In this document: one piece after another, positions 46,048 to 54,400 of the stretch
Position numbering within the stretch: position 1 is the stretch's first letter
How the letters are laid out: the number at the start of each line of letters is the position of its first letter
Virus record (IMG/VR): IMGVR_UViG_3300024264_000019
Coordinates: 14,209-78,208 of that record
Reading direction: 5' to 3' (one strand)
Length of the DNA: 64,000 nt
From: a virus
Notes under the pieces: model-generated
What the model saw: only the letters and a program-made list of their open reading frames with translations
Told to the model about the DNA's origin: nothing
The model's database searches: none
Position numbers and translations under genes: made by a program

Positions 46048-46221
46048 ATGCAGTACATAAAAGAAACAATCAACAAACTAAATCAACAAATTAAAGCTTT
46101 AAATCACGAAAGGGTTAAAGCTGTAAGATTGGGCAATAATAAGAAGGCTTCGGACATTGAAATCATACAAATAGAATTAGACAATAAAATAACACAATTA
46201 GAGGGTTTAGCACATCGATAA
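46048..46221 (+). CDS. 57-aa coiled-coil ORF not in the track (MQYIKETINKLNQQ...)
   Basis: Translated by hand; fills the gap before R2. Confidence 0.6.
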   Translation: MQYIKETINKLNQQIKALNHERVKAVRLGNNKKASDIEIIQIELDNKITQLEGLAHR

Positions 46222-46231
46222 AGCCCTTCCC

Positions 46232-46302
46232 TAAGTTACTGATAATCAGGCACTTACGGGATCGGCTGCCGCCCTCGTAAGTGCTTGGTAAACAACGACT
46301 TA
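46232..46302. repeat. Dyad element R2
   Basis: TAAGTTACTGATAATCAGGCACTTA-7-GGCTGCC-7-TAAGTGCTTGGTAAACAACGACTTA. Confidence 0.95.
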
Positions 46303-46443
46303 CGAAACACCTGTTCACATACCATGCCAATTACCACACCTAAAAAGATGACCTATCCTACTAGCAGAATAGGGCAAAAACATAGTTGAAAGGTAATTCG
46401 CTATTGATTTGACTTCAATAGGCTTAGCCTTTACATTGTATTT

Positions 46444-46599
46444 ATGGAAATTAAAATTAAATCTCTCTCTACTTGGGCTAATGTCGTTTTTGAATTATAT
46501 ATCGGAAACAATTATTCAGGATCATTTGATTCTTTCAAGGAAGCCCAAAGCTACGGGCTTAAACTGACAAACTCTTTTCTTTTACTAGAAAATAAGTAA
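46444..46599 (+). CDS. 51-aa ORF not in the track (MEIKIKSLSTWANVVFELY...)
   Basis: TTGACT-17-TACATT-6-ATG. Confidence 0.7.
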   Translation: MEIKIKSLSTWANVVFELYIGNNYSGSFDSFKEAQSYGLKLTNSFLLLENK

Positions 46600-46642
46600 A
46601 AAATAATTCGCAATTAATTAAAACATAGTTTACTTTATATAT

Positions 46643-46900
46643 ATGGAAGATAATAATCAAGATCGGATATCAATTGGTGATGTCATAGACAATAACGCAT
46701 ATAAGAATGAAAAAGCTTATAATTTGACAAGGGCTCTTCTAGATATTGCTATTCTTGCAAGAGCTGTAAAGCATACAGCAAGCGAAGATATTAGAGGGAA
46801 TGGAATGGTGGCAATTGACAATGTCAATGATTGGATGACCGAAATCAATAACATTGCAAATAAAGCCGTTAAAAAAGAAATGTTAACAGAAAAACTATAA
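46643..46900 (+). CDS. Early hypothetical protein
   Basis: TCGCAA-17-TACTTT-6-ATG. Confidence 0.7.
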   Translation: MEDNNQDRISIGDVIDNNAYKNEKAYNLTRALLDIAILARAVKHTASEDIRGNGMVAIDNVNDWMTEINNIANKAVKKEMLTEKL

Positions 46901-46912
46901 GGAAATATAATT

Positions 46913-47254
46913 ATGGAAAATTTAGATGCAGCTTTTGAACTTTACGAAATTGACGAAGAAACTTTGACTTGTTCTTACTCGGATGATGACGGATCTTATA
47001 TCGAGTTGACTTGCTCCTTATGGACTGATGAAATTGACAACCTTTGGGGTGATCAAGTTTCATCTGTTTCCTTAATTGGTTACTTTGACAAAGTTGAACA
47101 AGTTGAATCCTTTGATGTAAATGGTAAAAAAGTTGACTTTGTTAAGCTTGACGAAGTTGAAAGAGTCAAAAAAATACTCGAAAATGAAGAATTTGAACTT
47201 GAAGAAACCTCTTGCAAAGTTGACTATTCCCCTCGCTACTATGATCTAGTATAA
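46913..47254 (+). CDS. Highly acidic early protein (possible DNA mimic)
   Basis: SD AAGGA; very D/E-rich 113 aa; the mimic role is speculative. Confidence 0.6.
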   Translation: MENLDAAFELYEIDEETLTCSYSDDDGSYIELTCSLWTDEIDNLWGDQVSSVSLIGYFDKVEQVESFDVNGKKVDFVKLDEVERVKKILENEEFELEETSCKVDYSPRYYDLV

Positions 47255-47275
47255 TAGTAGAATAAGTCACCTTCC

Positions 47276-47346
47276 TAAGTTACTGATAGTCAGGCACTTA
47301 GCGAGGCGGCTGCCGCTTCTGTAAGTGCCTAACAGCCAACGACTTA
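47276..47346. repeat. Dyad element R3
   Basis: TAAGTTACTGATAGTCAGGCACTTA-7-GGCTGCC-7-TAAGTGCCTAACAGCCAACGACTTA. Confidence 0.95.
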
Positions 47347-47518
47347 CAGATCGATGGAATAAGTTAGGAAAAAAGTGTTATAATACGCGAAGCAAAAATC
47401 GTATTTTTATACTTTTTTATATGTATTTGTCTATTTACTATTTATACTATTTACTATTAAGTGAAAAAGTTTTTCAATTCTATTTGACTTCTATTAATAT
47501 ATGTATTAGTTTTATAAT

Positions 47519-47665
47519 ATGATAAATAAGAAAATTGAAAAATTCATTCAAGACAATGATCTTGTTCGTGTTCTAGCTAGTCCAATGTCCGAGACCTTTG
47601 ATCTCTGGGAATGCCCAGGCGGTCATGTTTGGACTTTTGAGATGATCGAGCAAGCAATAAAATAA
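47519..47665 (+). CDS. 48-aa ORF not in the track (MINKKIEKFIQDNDLVRV...WECPGGHVW)
   Basis: TTGACT-17-TAGTTT-6-ATG. Confidence 0.7.
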   Translation: MINKKIEKFIQDNDLVRVLASPMSETFDLWECPGGHVWTFEMIEQAIK

Positions 47666-47713
47666 TTGCGAATAAATTTGACGCAACTTAAAAAATAGAT
47701 TACCTTTATATAT

Positions 47714-47929
47714 ATGACAGAAAAAAATGATTCACTTACTCGCCTTGCTCACGCCACTGGAATGACCGACATAGAATTTGAGGAACGCTCTCGAATTCAA
47801 TCTGAACTTGCCCATCAACAAGTTGTCCGCCAGTGGGAGGAGGATCAGGAGGCTGACCGCCAAGCTCTAAAGGGGTTTTCGGAGAATGAGGATGTTGATT
47901 GGGGTTATCATGACCAACTAGAGTTTTAA
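47714..47929 (+). CDS. Acidic early hypothetical protein
   Basis: TTGACG-17-TACCTT-7-ATG. Confidence 0.7.
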   Translation: MTEKNDSLTRLAHATGMTDIEFEERSRIQSELAHQQVVRQWEEDQEADRQALKGFSENEDVDWGYHDQLEF

Positions 47930-47931
47930 TG

Positions 47932-48003
47932 TAAACTCTTTATAATCAGCCACTTAGGTGGTTGGCTGCCGCCCGCCCTAAGTGCTTGATACTCAAAGAC
48001 TTA
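47932..48003. repeat. Dyad element R4 (end of the plus-strand arm)
   Basis: TAAACTCTTTATAATCAGCCACTTA-7-GGCTGCC-8-TAAGTGCTTGATACTCAAAGACTTA. Confidence 0.93.
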
Positions 48004-48141
48004 AAGCGGGGGTTTTACCAATAACAACTACTTCACATAAAGATATAATAAAAAAGCCAAAAAGATTATTTCAATCATTCTTCTTTCAAATCCTCCCACA
48101 TTAAGTAAAAAACAAAAAGCCAAGGTGAAAACAATACTAAT

Positions 48142-48405
48142 TCAAGAATCATTATAAATGCCTTTCATTTGGTCAGAGATGCCCATGTCTTCATCTTCTT
48201 CGTCAATATCTTCTGCTGAATCAGTAAAGAGAAACTGAGATTCGTCAGCAAGATCTTCTTTTTGAGCATCTAGCAAACCATGCTCGGTTACTACTTGCTC
48301 TGTTTTAATCTCTGCAATAAATTCCTCTATGGGCTGAGATGGCGTTATGGATTTTGAGTTTTCGACTGCTTTAGCGATAACTGCGATTCTTTGTTCTTCT
48401 GTCAT
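48142..48405 (-). CDS. Acidic early hypothetical protein
   Basis: TTGACT-17-TATATT-6-ATG. Confidence 0.7.
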   Translation of the reverse strand: MTEEQRIAVIAKAVENSKSITPSQPIEEFIAEIKTEQVVTEHGLLDAQKEDLADESQFLFTDSAEDIDEEDEDMGISDQMKGIYNDS

Positions 48406-48429
48406 AATAGTAATATAGTTTAGTTGTGA

Positions 48430-48792
48430 TTAGTAGTCAAGTCCTAATTCTTTGTTGTGATCCGCTTGAGTCTTTCTTAATAAATCAACCCATGTAAATC
48501 CATTAAGTTGGGCATCTCTCATGTGTTTGCTAATTTGAACAGGAGATTGCCAACCAAGAACATCGCCACATACTGCAAGAGGAATATCCACATCTTTGAA
48601 AGTCATTAAAACTTCAAACTCCTTATCGTCAACATGACCATAAAGACCATGACCATCTCCTGAATTAGCGATCACAGAAATCATAAAGTCGCCAAACTTT
48701 AATTGAGCGATGACTTTCTCTGTGCCTGTTCCTTCGTACATTGTAATAAAAGCAAGGTTATCGAAGTCGAGTAATTGTTGTTTTGTTGTCAT
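48430..48792 (-). CDS. Early hypothetical protein
   Basis: TTGACA-17-TACATT-6-ATG. Confidence 0.75.
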   Translation of the reverse strand: MTTKQQLLDFDNLAFITMYEGTGTEKVIAQLKFGDFMISVIANSGDGHGLYGHVDDKEFEVLMTFKDVDIPLAVCGDVLGWQSPVQISKHMRDAQLNGFTWVDLLRKTQADHNKELGLDY

Positions 48793-48847
48793 AAGTATAA
48801 TGTAATCTAGTTTAATTGTCTTGTCAAATAAAAAGAATAAATTTTCA

Positions 48848-49054
48848 CTAGAATTTTAATGCTTGTAATCGAGTGTTTTTCTTTAACCATCTGCGCAACG
48901 GATGAAATGCTCTAGCACTAAGGTGGGCTAAATACTGCTGTCCATTCTTGGCAAGAATCATATGACCGCTTGCTGTCTCACGAACCTCTTGGATATCAGG
49001 ACATTTCCGTAATTGTTTTAACACTTTGCGAGTTCCACTTTCTGAATGTTTCAT
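48848..49054 (-). CDS. Basic early protein, weakly HicA-like
   Basis: TTGACA-18-TATATT-6-ATG; RETASGHMILAKNG motif. Confidence 0.6.
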   Translation of the reverse strand: MKHSESGTRKVLKQLRKCPDIQEVRETASGHMILAKNGQQYLAHLSARAFHPLRRWLKKNTRLQALKF

Positions 49055-49129
49055 AATACTAATATAATCTTGTTAGGTGGTGCTTGTCAAATAAAAAGAA
49101 TAAAAAAAGAAAGAATTAAAACGCTTACG

Positions 49130-49201
49130 CAAGTACGTGAATAACAACCACTTACATCGGCGGCAGCGGCGGCACCTAAGTGCCTGACAATCAAAGACTT
49201 A
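49130..49201. repeat. Dyad element R5
   Basis: CAAGTACGTGAATAACAACCACTTA-7-GGCAGCG-8-TAAGTGCCTGACAATCAAAGACTTA. Confidence 0.9.
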
Positions 49202-49405
49202 GTAGCCTAACCATTCAAGAACTTTTTGGGCTGAGTATCCGTCTTGATCGCCCATGTCCTCAAAAAATTTGCAAATTTCTTCGTTTGATGTGACCCCGTG
49301 TTGCTCTAACTCTTTCAATGCCCTATCTTGCGAAATATCAACGGCATAAGCTGAGTCAAAATAATCGTTTCCAATTTCTGTTCTAATTTCAATTTTTTCA
49401 CTCAT
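49199..49405 (-). CDS. Hypothetical protein
   Basis: Coupled to the upstream gene; its stop codon is the outer TAA of R5. Confidence 0.7.
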   Translation of the reverse strand: MSEKIEIRTEIGNDYFDSAYAVDISQDRALKELEQHGVTSNEEICKFFEDMGDQDGYSAQKVLEWLGY

Positions 49406-50139
49406 GAATTTTCTCCTTCTACTACAAACCCTGTTTCGTCTTTCTTGGCAAGACCTTTTTCGATAAGACCAACAACAACACCTTTCTTGTCAAGAAATCG
49501 CAAGTCAGTTTCATCACCATTGACGACCTCAAAACCTTTCCATGTTTTGGGTAATTGATTGCGAAATACAACGGCAACATTGCCACCCATTAAAAGAACC
49601 ATTTCGCACTTTTTATCGTTATTCTCTGAGCGAGAAAAAGTCAAATGATAATTAGAGGGAAACTTTGCCTCGCCCTTGATAAAAGGCTTGCCAAGGAAAG
49701 AACACATTCTCTTGAATGACTTGGTATAATCGTAAAATTGAGTGGATGAATGTTTTTCTAGAATGGTCACACCATCCTCATTGATCTCATTTTCCCACAT
49801 GATATCACTTGTAAGATTAGGGCGAAATACAGCTTGCATACTTTTCTTTTGTGCTGACTTAATTGAAGAAGTAATTTCTTTGGATAGTTTTTCAAAAAAC
49901 TCGATTTTCTTCTCGAAGAACAATTTTGTTTTGTTGATTCGTGAATCTTGAACAGATCCCATTTGCCCACGACCTGCCGTATTCAAGCAAGAAATAGTGC
50001 AACCTTTGGAACGCCATTGGCAAGTTTCGTAGCCCGAAAGATTTGCTGGGGCAAGGTGAATGCCTTTTGTGATGTAACCTAATTTCTCGCCTTTGAGAAT
50101 TTTTTGATTACCTGATGTGAGAAGTGTTGTTTTAATCAT
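49402..50139 (-). CDS. Gp88-family phage protein
   Basis: LAPA..SG..C....GC...CLNTAGRG, QFYDYTK, NYHLTFSRSE, GDETDLRFLD; start moved to 50139 by TTGCTA-17-TACTAT-6-ATG. Confidence 0.75.
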   Translation of the reverse strand: MIKTTLLTSGNQKILKGEKLGYITKGIHLAPANLSGYETCQWRSKGCTISCLNTAGRGQMGSVQDSRINKTKLFFEKKIEFFEKLSKEITSSIKSAQKKSMQAVFRPNLTSDIMWENEINEDGVTILEKHSSTQFYDYTKSFKRMCSFLGKPFIKGEAKFPSNYHLTFSRSENNDKKCEMVLLMGGNVAVVFRNQLPKTWKGFEVVNGDETDLRFLDKKGVVVGLIEKGLAKKDETGFVVEGENS

Positions 50140-50202
50140 AAGTACATAGTAAGCCACTTTTTTGATTATAGCAAGAAAAAAGTTTAATTAATTTTACATT
50201 TT

Positions 50203-50273
50203 TAAATCGTTGAAGATCAGTCACTTACGATTTCGGCTGCCACCTTCATAAGTCGTTAACTTACAAAGGTTTA
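50203..50273. repeat. Dyad element R6
   Basis: TAAATCGTTGAAGATCAGTCACTTA-7-GGCTGCC-7-TAAGTCGTTAACTTACAAAGGTTTA. Confidence 0.9.
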
Positions 50274-50277
50274 AGGT

Positions 50278-50505
50278 CTACTCTTCCATCATCCACTCTT
50301 CAAGAGCATGCACGTCAAGATCTTCGTCTTTATAGCTTGCCCCGTCAGGGGTAGCTGTAGCACCGCAAGCCTCTAACTCGTCCGCTAGGTCAGCGTACCT
50401 AGCAAACCTGCGAGCTATCTTATACAAGCCCTCATCGTTGCCTAACCATAGTGCGACATTCCAAGTCGCCCAATTCTTCCATCCGTTGTATGTTGTATCT
50501 GTCAT
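50278..50505 (-). CDS. Small phage protein with a YNGWxNxxTWNVALW motif
   Basis: Motif familiar from small phage early proteins; SD AAGGA. Confidence 0.75.
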   Translation of the reverse strand: MTDTTYNGWKNWATWNVALWLGNDEGLYKIARRFARYADLADELEACGATATPDGASYKDEDLDVHALEEWMMEE

Positions 50506-50509
50506 AGTC

Positions 50510-50704
50510 TTATCCTTGTGTTAATAATTGTTTGAATTGATCGTAAACTTTTTGTTTTCCGCCCTTGAGTCCGAATTGTTCTTTGATAAGCGAGTAACAG
50601 CTTCTGCCTCTGCAAAGTCTCATACCCCTAAGTTCTGCTTCTAATCCTTTAAGGAGGGTGCGTTGTCTGAATGCTTCGATTGATGTTGGTGTCGTTAGTA
50701 TCAT
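50510..50704 (-). CDS. Early hypothetical protein
   Basis: Start moved to 50704: TTGACA-17-TATATT-7-ATG. Confidence 0.7.
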   Translation of the reverse strand: MILTTPTSIEAFRQRTLLKGLEAELRGMRLCRGRSCYSLIKEQFGLKGGKQKVYDQFKQLLTQG

Positions 50705-50748
50705 AATATATAATATAGTTGAGTTGTTTTTGTTTGTCAATTAATTTC

Positions 50749-50949
50749 TTAACAAAGTCTAAAAATAAAATCTTCGAAGTAATCAGGTTCAAGAGCAAAC
50801 TCTTGAACAAAATCACTTTCCCAAGAAAAAGGATCTCCGCCTTCTTTTATATCTAATTGCATTGACTTAAAAAAATCGACAACTTGTTTGACCGCCTCGG
50901 TTTTACTTAAACCATCGCGGGACATTAAGACTTTTACTGTTTCGTTCAT
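50749..50949 (-). CDS. Early hypothetical protein
   Basis: TTGTGT-17-TAATGT-6-ATG. Confidence 0.7.
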   Translation of the reverse strand: MNETVKVLMSRDGLSKTEAVKQVVDFFKSMQLDIKEGGDPFSWESDFVQEFALEPDYFEDFIFRLC

Positions 50950-51011
50950 AAGTATACATTACTGCAAAAAACAAATAAACACAAGAAAAAAGTGAATTAA
51001 AATTACAATTT

Positions 51012-51083
51012 TAAACGCTTGATAATCAATGACTTAAGCTAATTGGCAGCCGCTTTCGCAAGTGCTTGATAATCAAAGTTTTG
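51012..51083. repeat. Dyad element R7 (all four half-sites match WATCARN4TTR)
   Basis: TAAACGCTTGATAATCAATGACTTA-8-GGCAGCC-7-CAAGTGCTTGATAATCAAAGTTTTG. Confidence 0.95.
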
Positions 51084-51102
51084 TGAATGACTAAATTAAA
51101 CC

Positions 51103-51130
51103 AAAAAAACTCCCCCCAATTGGGGGGAGC
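51103..51130 (-). terminator. Intrinsic terminator after the DUF932-like gene
   Basis: ctcccccc-aatt-ggggggag hairpin with a T-tract on the minus strand. Confidence 0.85.
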
Positions 51131-51152
51131 AAACTAAACAATAATCTAGTAT

Positions 51153-52025
51153 TTAAACCTCTACTAGTTCGCCTTCAACAACTTCCATGTCAAGAGTATT
51201 CTCTACATGATCTTCGATATTAAAATCAATCTCTGCATCAAGAACAGAATGAAGAGCGTCAGAACGATTTGGCAAGGCGATTAAATTACCTTTGTAAATT
51301 TCGGTGAAAGCGTTGTAAAGAGAATTCATATTGCGATCTTTAAATTCTACATGATCGCTTGATTCCCATTGGTTGACTACATCAATAATTTTTGACTTTG
51401 GTAAAGCACCTGCCTTGCAAGCCCTTATGACAAGATCATTGACTTGAGAGTTGCTAAGATCGAAATCTTTATAAGCGTTAACACGATTGTCTTGACCATG
51501 CCAAAACCCAAACAATTTGCCTAACGCACGACCAATCATAAAATCAAGATCGTTAAGAATATTGCGAGTGTGACGACGAGCGAGTTTAATCGTATTAGTG
51601 AAGATCAAATTATCGCAAACAAATGGAGCGTCACCTGCACAAAGTCCCGCAGGAAAGGTTTTGTCGTGAGAGTTACGAACCCCTACAACGCATCCGCGAT
51701 CAGTCGCAACACGATTTGGGTGATCCACGGCAAATAATCCAAAATAATGTTGATCACCTCTAGCGAGAGAATGAACCTCTTCTTGAATAGTAAAACCCTT
51801 TTGGGTTAATGAATCTCTAGTACGAACGATAAGTTCGTCATGACCAATAGGTTGATGAGAAACAGCTAACTCACCTGTTCTTTTGTTAGGCTTGCTACGC
51901 ATGGTTGCTAATGGAGTTGGTACGGCTTGCACTTTGTCAAATTTTACTAGAGTGCGATTACCTCCACAAATGTTTAAATTTACAGATTTGCGAGGAGCGT
52001 TGTTGTTGTTTTCTTCGTTGTTCAT
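51153..52025 (-). CDS. DUF932 family protein
   Basis: HQPIGH, GVRNSHDKT...FVCDNL, SLYNAFTE motifs. Confidence 0.75.
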   Translation of the reverse strand: MNNEENNNNAPRKSVNLNICGGNRTLVKFDKVQAVPTPLATMRSKPNKRTGELAVSHQPIGHDELIVRTRDSLTQKGFTIQEEVHSLARGDQHYFGLFAVDHPNRVATDRGCVVGVRNSHDKTFPAGLCAGDAPFVCDNLIFTNTIKLARRHTRNILNDLDFMIGRALGKLFGFWHGQDNRVNAYKDFDLSNSQVNDLVIRACKAGALPKSKIIDVVNQWESSDHVEFKDRNMNSLYNAFTEIYKGNLIALPNRSDALHSVLDAEIDFNIEDHVENTLDMEVVEGELVEV

Positions 52026-52063
52026 AATAGTAATAATATAGTTTTAATGGTTTTTGTCAATAG

Positions 52064-52303
52064 TTAATTTCTGATATATGGACTTTCTTTGTATTCTTCA
52101 GATTGAATTTTTTCATAAGCACCTGCTTGCTCAGCAATCATTTTGAAAGAAACCTCAATGATACTAATCAAGGCTAAATCTTCTTCGTCAAGTTTTCCTT
52201 TCATTGGGTCAATAAGTTTTTCAAAAATAAAATTCATACCTTCATTCATCACATTCTCAGGGCTTAAATCTTCGTTTTCTTGATAATTAGAGTTGATATT
52301 CAT
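52064..52303 (-). CDS. Hypothetical protein
   Basis: ORF track; fits the local operon. Confidence 0.65.
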   Translation of the reverse strand: MNINSNYQENEDLSPENVMNEGMNFIFEKLIDPMKGKLDEEDLALISIIEVSFKMIAEQAGAYEKIQSEEYKESPYIRN

Positions 52304-52412
52304 ATTTTTTTTTGTGTTTAAGTTTTCTGTCTAGAGTTTTGTTTTTCATTTTAAAAGGTCGAGCCTTGGTAAAAAGAACTTTGTGCCTCATCTTTATCTC
52401 TCTTGCTTTCAT
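52287..52412 (-). CDS. 41-aa basic ORF not in the track (MKAREIKMRHKVLFTKARPFKMKNKTLDRKLKHKKKYEYQL), ArfA-like motif
   Basis: TTGCTA-17-TACTAT-6-ATG; LF...RKxKH pattern. Confidence 0.65.
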   Translation of the reverse strand: MKAREIKMRHKVLFTKARPFKMKNKTLDRKLKHKKKYEYQL

Positions 52413-52474
52413 ATATACATAGTAAGCTAATTTTTAATTTATAGCAAGAAAAAAGTAAAATTAAATTCATTTCG

Positions 52475-52546
52475 TAAATTGTTGTCTATCAGGGACTTAA
52501 GTTGCGCGGCAGCCAACCACGCAAGTGGTTGACTATCAGTGGCTTA
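52475..52546. repeat. Dyad element R8
   Basis: TAAATTGTTGTCTATCAGGGACTTA-8-GGCAGCC-7-CAAGTGGTTGACTATCAGTGGCTTA. Confidence 0.93.
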
Positions 52547-52705
52547 CGACCTGTTGTATAATTTCCTCAACATAGACTCGTGTAGAGATTTTTTACTCAT
52601 ATAATCCTCCGAGGTGTCCCCTCTTGACTCTCTAGCAGCAAGCATGTGACCGAACCTTCTTAGACTTTCTTGGAGTGTTTGTTTGTTTTTAATTTTCTTT
52701 TTCAT
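52544..52705 (-). CDS. Basic hypothetical protein
   Basis: Start moved to MKKKIKNK; its stop codon is the outer TAA of R8. Confidence 0.65.
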   Translation of the reverse strand: MKKKIKNKQTLQESLRRFGHMLAARESRGDTSEDYMSKKSLHESMLRKLYNRS

Positions 52706-52707
52706 AA

Positions 52708-52941
52708 TTATACTCTGTTTAGGGATATGATTTGGTCGTATCTGAATGAGCGAATGCCAGACTTGTTGTGGCAAAAACTCCTAAATCCGACTACTGATTT
52801 ACCCTCTATCATATTTCCGAATTCATTTTCGTGTCGAGGTTTTGTGATTGTGTACATTTCTGTTCTACCATCTTTAGTCGTGTAGACGACTTGGTATAAC
52901 GGATTAAACCAATGGTAAATTTTCACTAATAGTTTCTTCAT
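52708..52941 (-). CDS. Small protein, possibly WYL/SH3-like
   Basis: VVYTTKDG...FCHNKSGIRSFRYDQI resembles the WYL R.FR.DRI motif. Confidence 0.5.
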   Translation of the reverse strand: MKKLLVKIYHWFNPLYQVVYTTKDGRTEMYTITKPRHENEFGNMIEGKSVVGFRSFCHNKSGIRSFRYDQIISLNRV

Positions 52942-53185
52942 TTTTAGTTTCCTCTGTTACAGGGTTTTGGTTGTAATAGTTATATAACTCGCAAGCTTCT
53001 TCTGCTGAGTCGCAACTATAAGAAATTAAATCGGGGAAATTAATATTCTCCCTAAAAGCTTCGTCGTATGGATGGTATGAAGTTTTGGACTCTTCAAACC
53101 ACAAGCTCCATTGTTCTAATTGTTCATTGTAGTCGGGTAAGTCTAGTGGTCTGCCAATGCAGGTTGCTTCTATGTAATTGTTCAT
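52904..53185 (-). CDS. Acidic hypothetical protein
   Basis: TTGACA begins 35 nt before the ATG. Confidence 0.65.
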   Translation of the reverse strand: MNNYIEATCIGRPLDLPDYNEQLEQWSLWFEESKTSYHPYDEAFRENINFPDLISYSCDSAEEACELYNYYNQNPVTEETKNEETISENLPLV

Positions 53186-53216
53186 GATTTTAATTATGTA
53201 GTGTTACGGTGTTATG

Positions 53217-53402
53217 TCAAGAAATAAAAACATAAATCGGATCTTTAAACTCTGAGTTGAACGCTCCAACCTCATCCCATCCGTAAAGAATAAGAGCTTG
53301 ATCATAGTCGTCTTTGTAGAAGTCGCTTCTCTCTATCACGGCAAGGTATTGTCCTTGAGGAATTATGTTTTCGTTTTTTAAATTTATCTCTGTCATTTTC
53401 AT
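53217..53402 (-). CDS. Hypothetical protein
   Basis: ORF track; packed in an operon. Confidence 0.55.
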   Translation of the reverse strand: MKMTEINLKNENIIPQGQYLAVIERSDFYKDDYDQALILYGWDEVGAFNSEFKDPIYVFIS

Positions 53403-53403
53403 C

Positions 53404-53625
53404 TTAGCAAGGGATTGGTGAGTCTTCGTCTGTATGAATAGTTACGCAAAAATGATTCGCAAGCTCCTTAATCATTACATCGTTATTGAAATAATTATAT
53501 GCGTGAGTTAAAAGTTGCTCTTGCTCTTCTCCAGTATGCCCATCTCTGAGCTCGTCATATATCTCGAAGATGTTCATGTTCCAGTTCCATCCTTCTACTC
53601 TTGATTCTATCTGTGATTTTGTCAT
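53404..53625 (-). CDS. Hypothetical protein
   Basis: SD AAGGA. Confidence 0.65.
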   Translation of the reverse strand: MTKSQIESRVEGWNWNMNIFEIYDELRDGHTGEEQEQLLTHAYNYFNNDVMIKELANHFCVTIHTDEDSPIPC

Positions 53626-53639
53626 GTTGTTCCTTGTGT

Positions 53640-53873
53640 TTATAGTTGTGCTGATTGAAAAGATGATTCTATTCTGAGCTCATTTTGCAATGAGGTCAAG
53701 CTTAAAACAATATCTTCTAAAACTTCTTCTGCGGACTGAAAAGTACTACCAAGTGGAAACTTTTCAGGGTGGCGTTCATGTTGCTCTAGGCATACTTTTG
53801 ACATTGGATCGGCATATGCCATTTCCCCTCTAACTATGTCTAGAATGGTTTCTCTTATCTTTGATTGTGTCAT
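53640..53873 (-). CDS. Early hypothetical protein
   Basis: Start moved to 53873: TTGCTA-17-TATTGT-6-ATG. Confidence 0.7.
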   Translation of the reverse strand: MTQSKIRETILDIVRGEMAYADPMSKVCLEQHERHPEKFPLGSTFQSAEEVLEDIVLSLTSLQNELRIESSFQSAQL

Positions 53874-53935
53874 ACTAATACAATACCCCAACCCTTTAAT
53901 TATAGCAAGAAAAAAGTTGAGTTTTTTTACATTCC

Positions 53936-54007
53936 TAAATCTTTGTTAATCAAAGACTTAAGTGTGGCGGCAGCCAGCCGCATAAGTGACTGGTATTCAA
54001 GGGTTTA
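53936..54007. repeat. Dyad element R9
   Basis: TAAATCTTTGTTAATCAAAGACTTA-8-GGCAGCC-7-TAAGTGACTGGTATTCAAGGGTTTA. Confidence 0.93.
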
Positions 54008-54181
54008 CTTTAATTGCTTTGTTCTTTCATTTTGGTCGTCTACGATCTTTGCAAGTTTTAGCAATTCACAGGTGGCATTTTGCTTATCCGCATTTCCAGC
54101 TTTTGGACTCTTCAACACTTCCGTTAATATTCTAACGACTGCTGACCATTTTGGTGTGATGTCTATTGTTTGTTCTTCCAT
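54005..54181 (-). CDS. 58-aa ORF not in the track (MEEQTIDITPKWSAVVRIL...)
   Basis: TTGACT-17-TAGTTT-6-ATG; its stop codon is the outer TAA of R9. Confidence 0.75.
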   Translation of the reverse strand: MEEQTIDITPKWSAVVRILTEVLKSPKAGNADKQNATCELLKLAKIVDDQNERTKQLK

Positions 54182-54212
54182 AATATAAAACTATACTAAA
54201 TTAATAATTGAG

Positions 54213-54386
54213 TCAAGACATTTCTTCTTCATCGAGAACTTTTTCTTGCAACTCTTGTAGTGATTGATATGTGATGTACCACGAATCTGTCGGATCCACC
54301 TCGCCCTCCATTTCGCTATACTGAATATAGTCGAGGACTTCTTGGATGCATTGTGATACGGGAACTTTAACTAACAATTGTTTCAT
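54213..54386 (-). CDS. 57-aa ORF not in the track (MKQLLVKVPVSQCIQEVLDY...)
   Basis: TTGACA-17-TAGTTT-6-ATG. Confidence 0.7.
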   Translation of the reverse strand: MKQLLVKVPVSQCIQEVLDYIQYSEMEGEVDPTDSWYITYQSLQELQEKVLDEEEMS

Positions 54387-54400
54387 AATATAAAACTAAA

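Noticed and set aside
47325-47522. 65-aa ORF overlapping R3, and 53865..54188 (+) spanning R9
   Set aside because: They run through repeat and promoter DNA; better-supported ORFs (47519..47665 + and 54005..54181 -) explain these regions.
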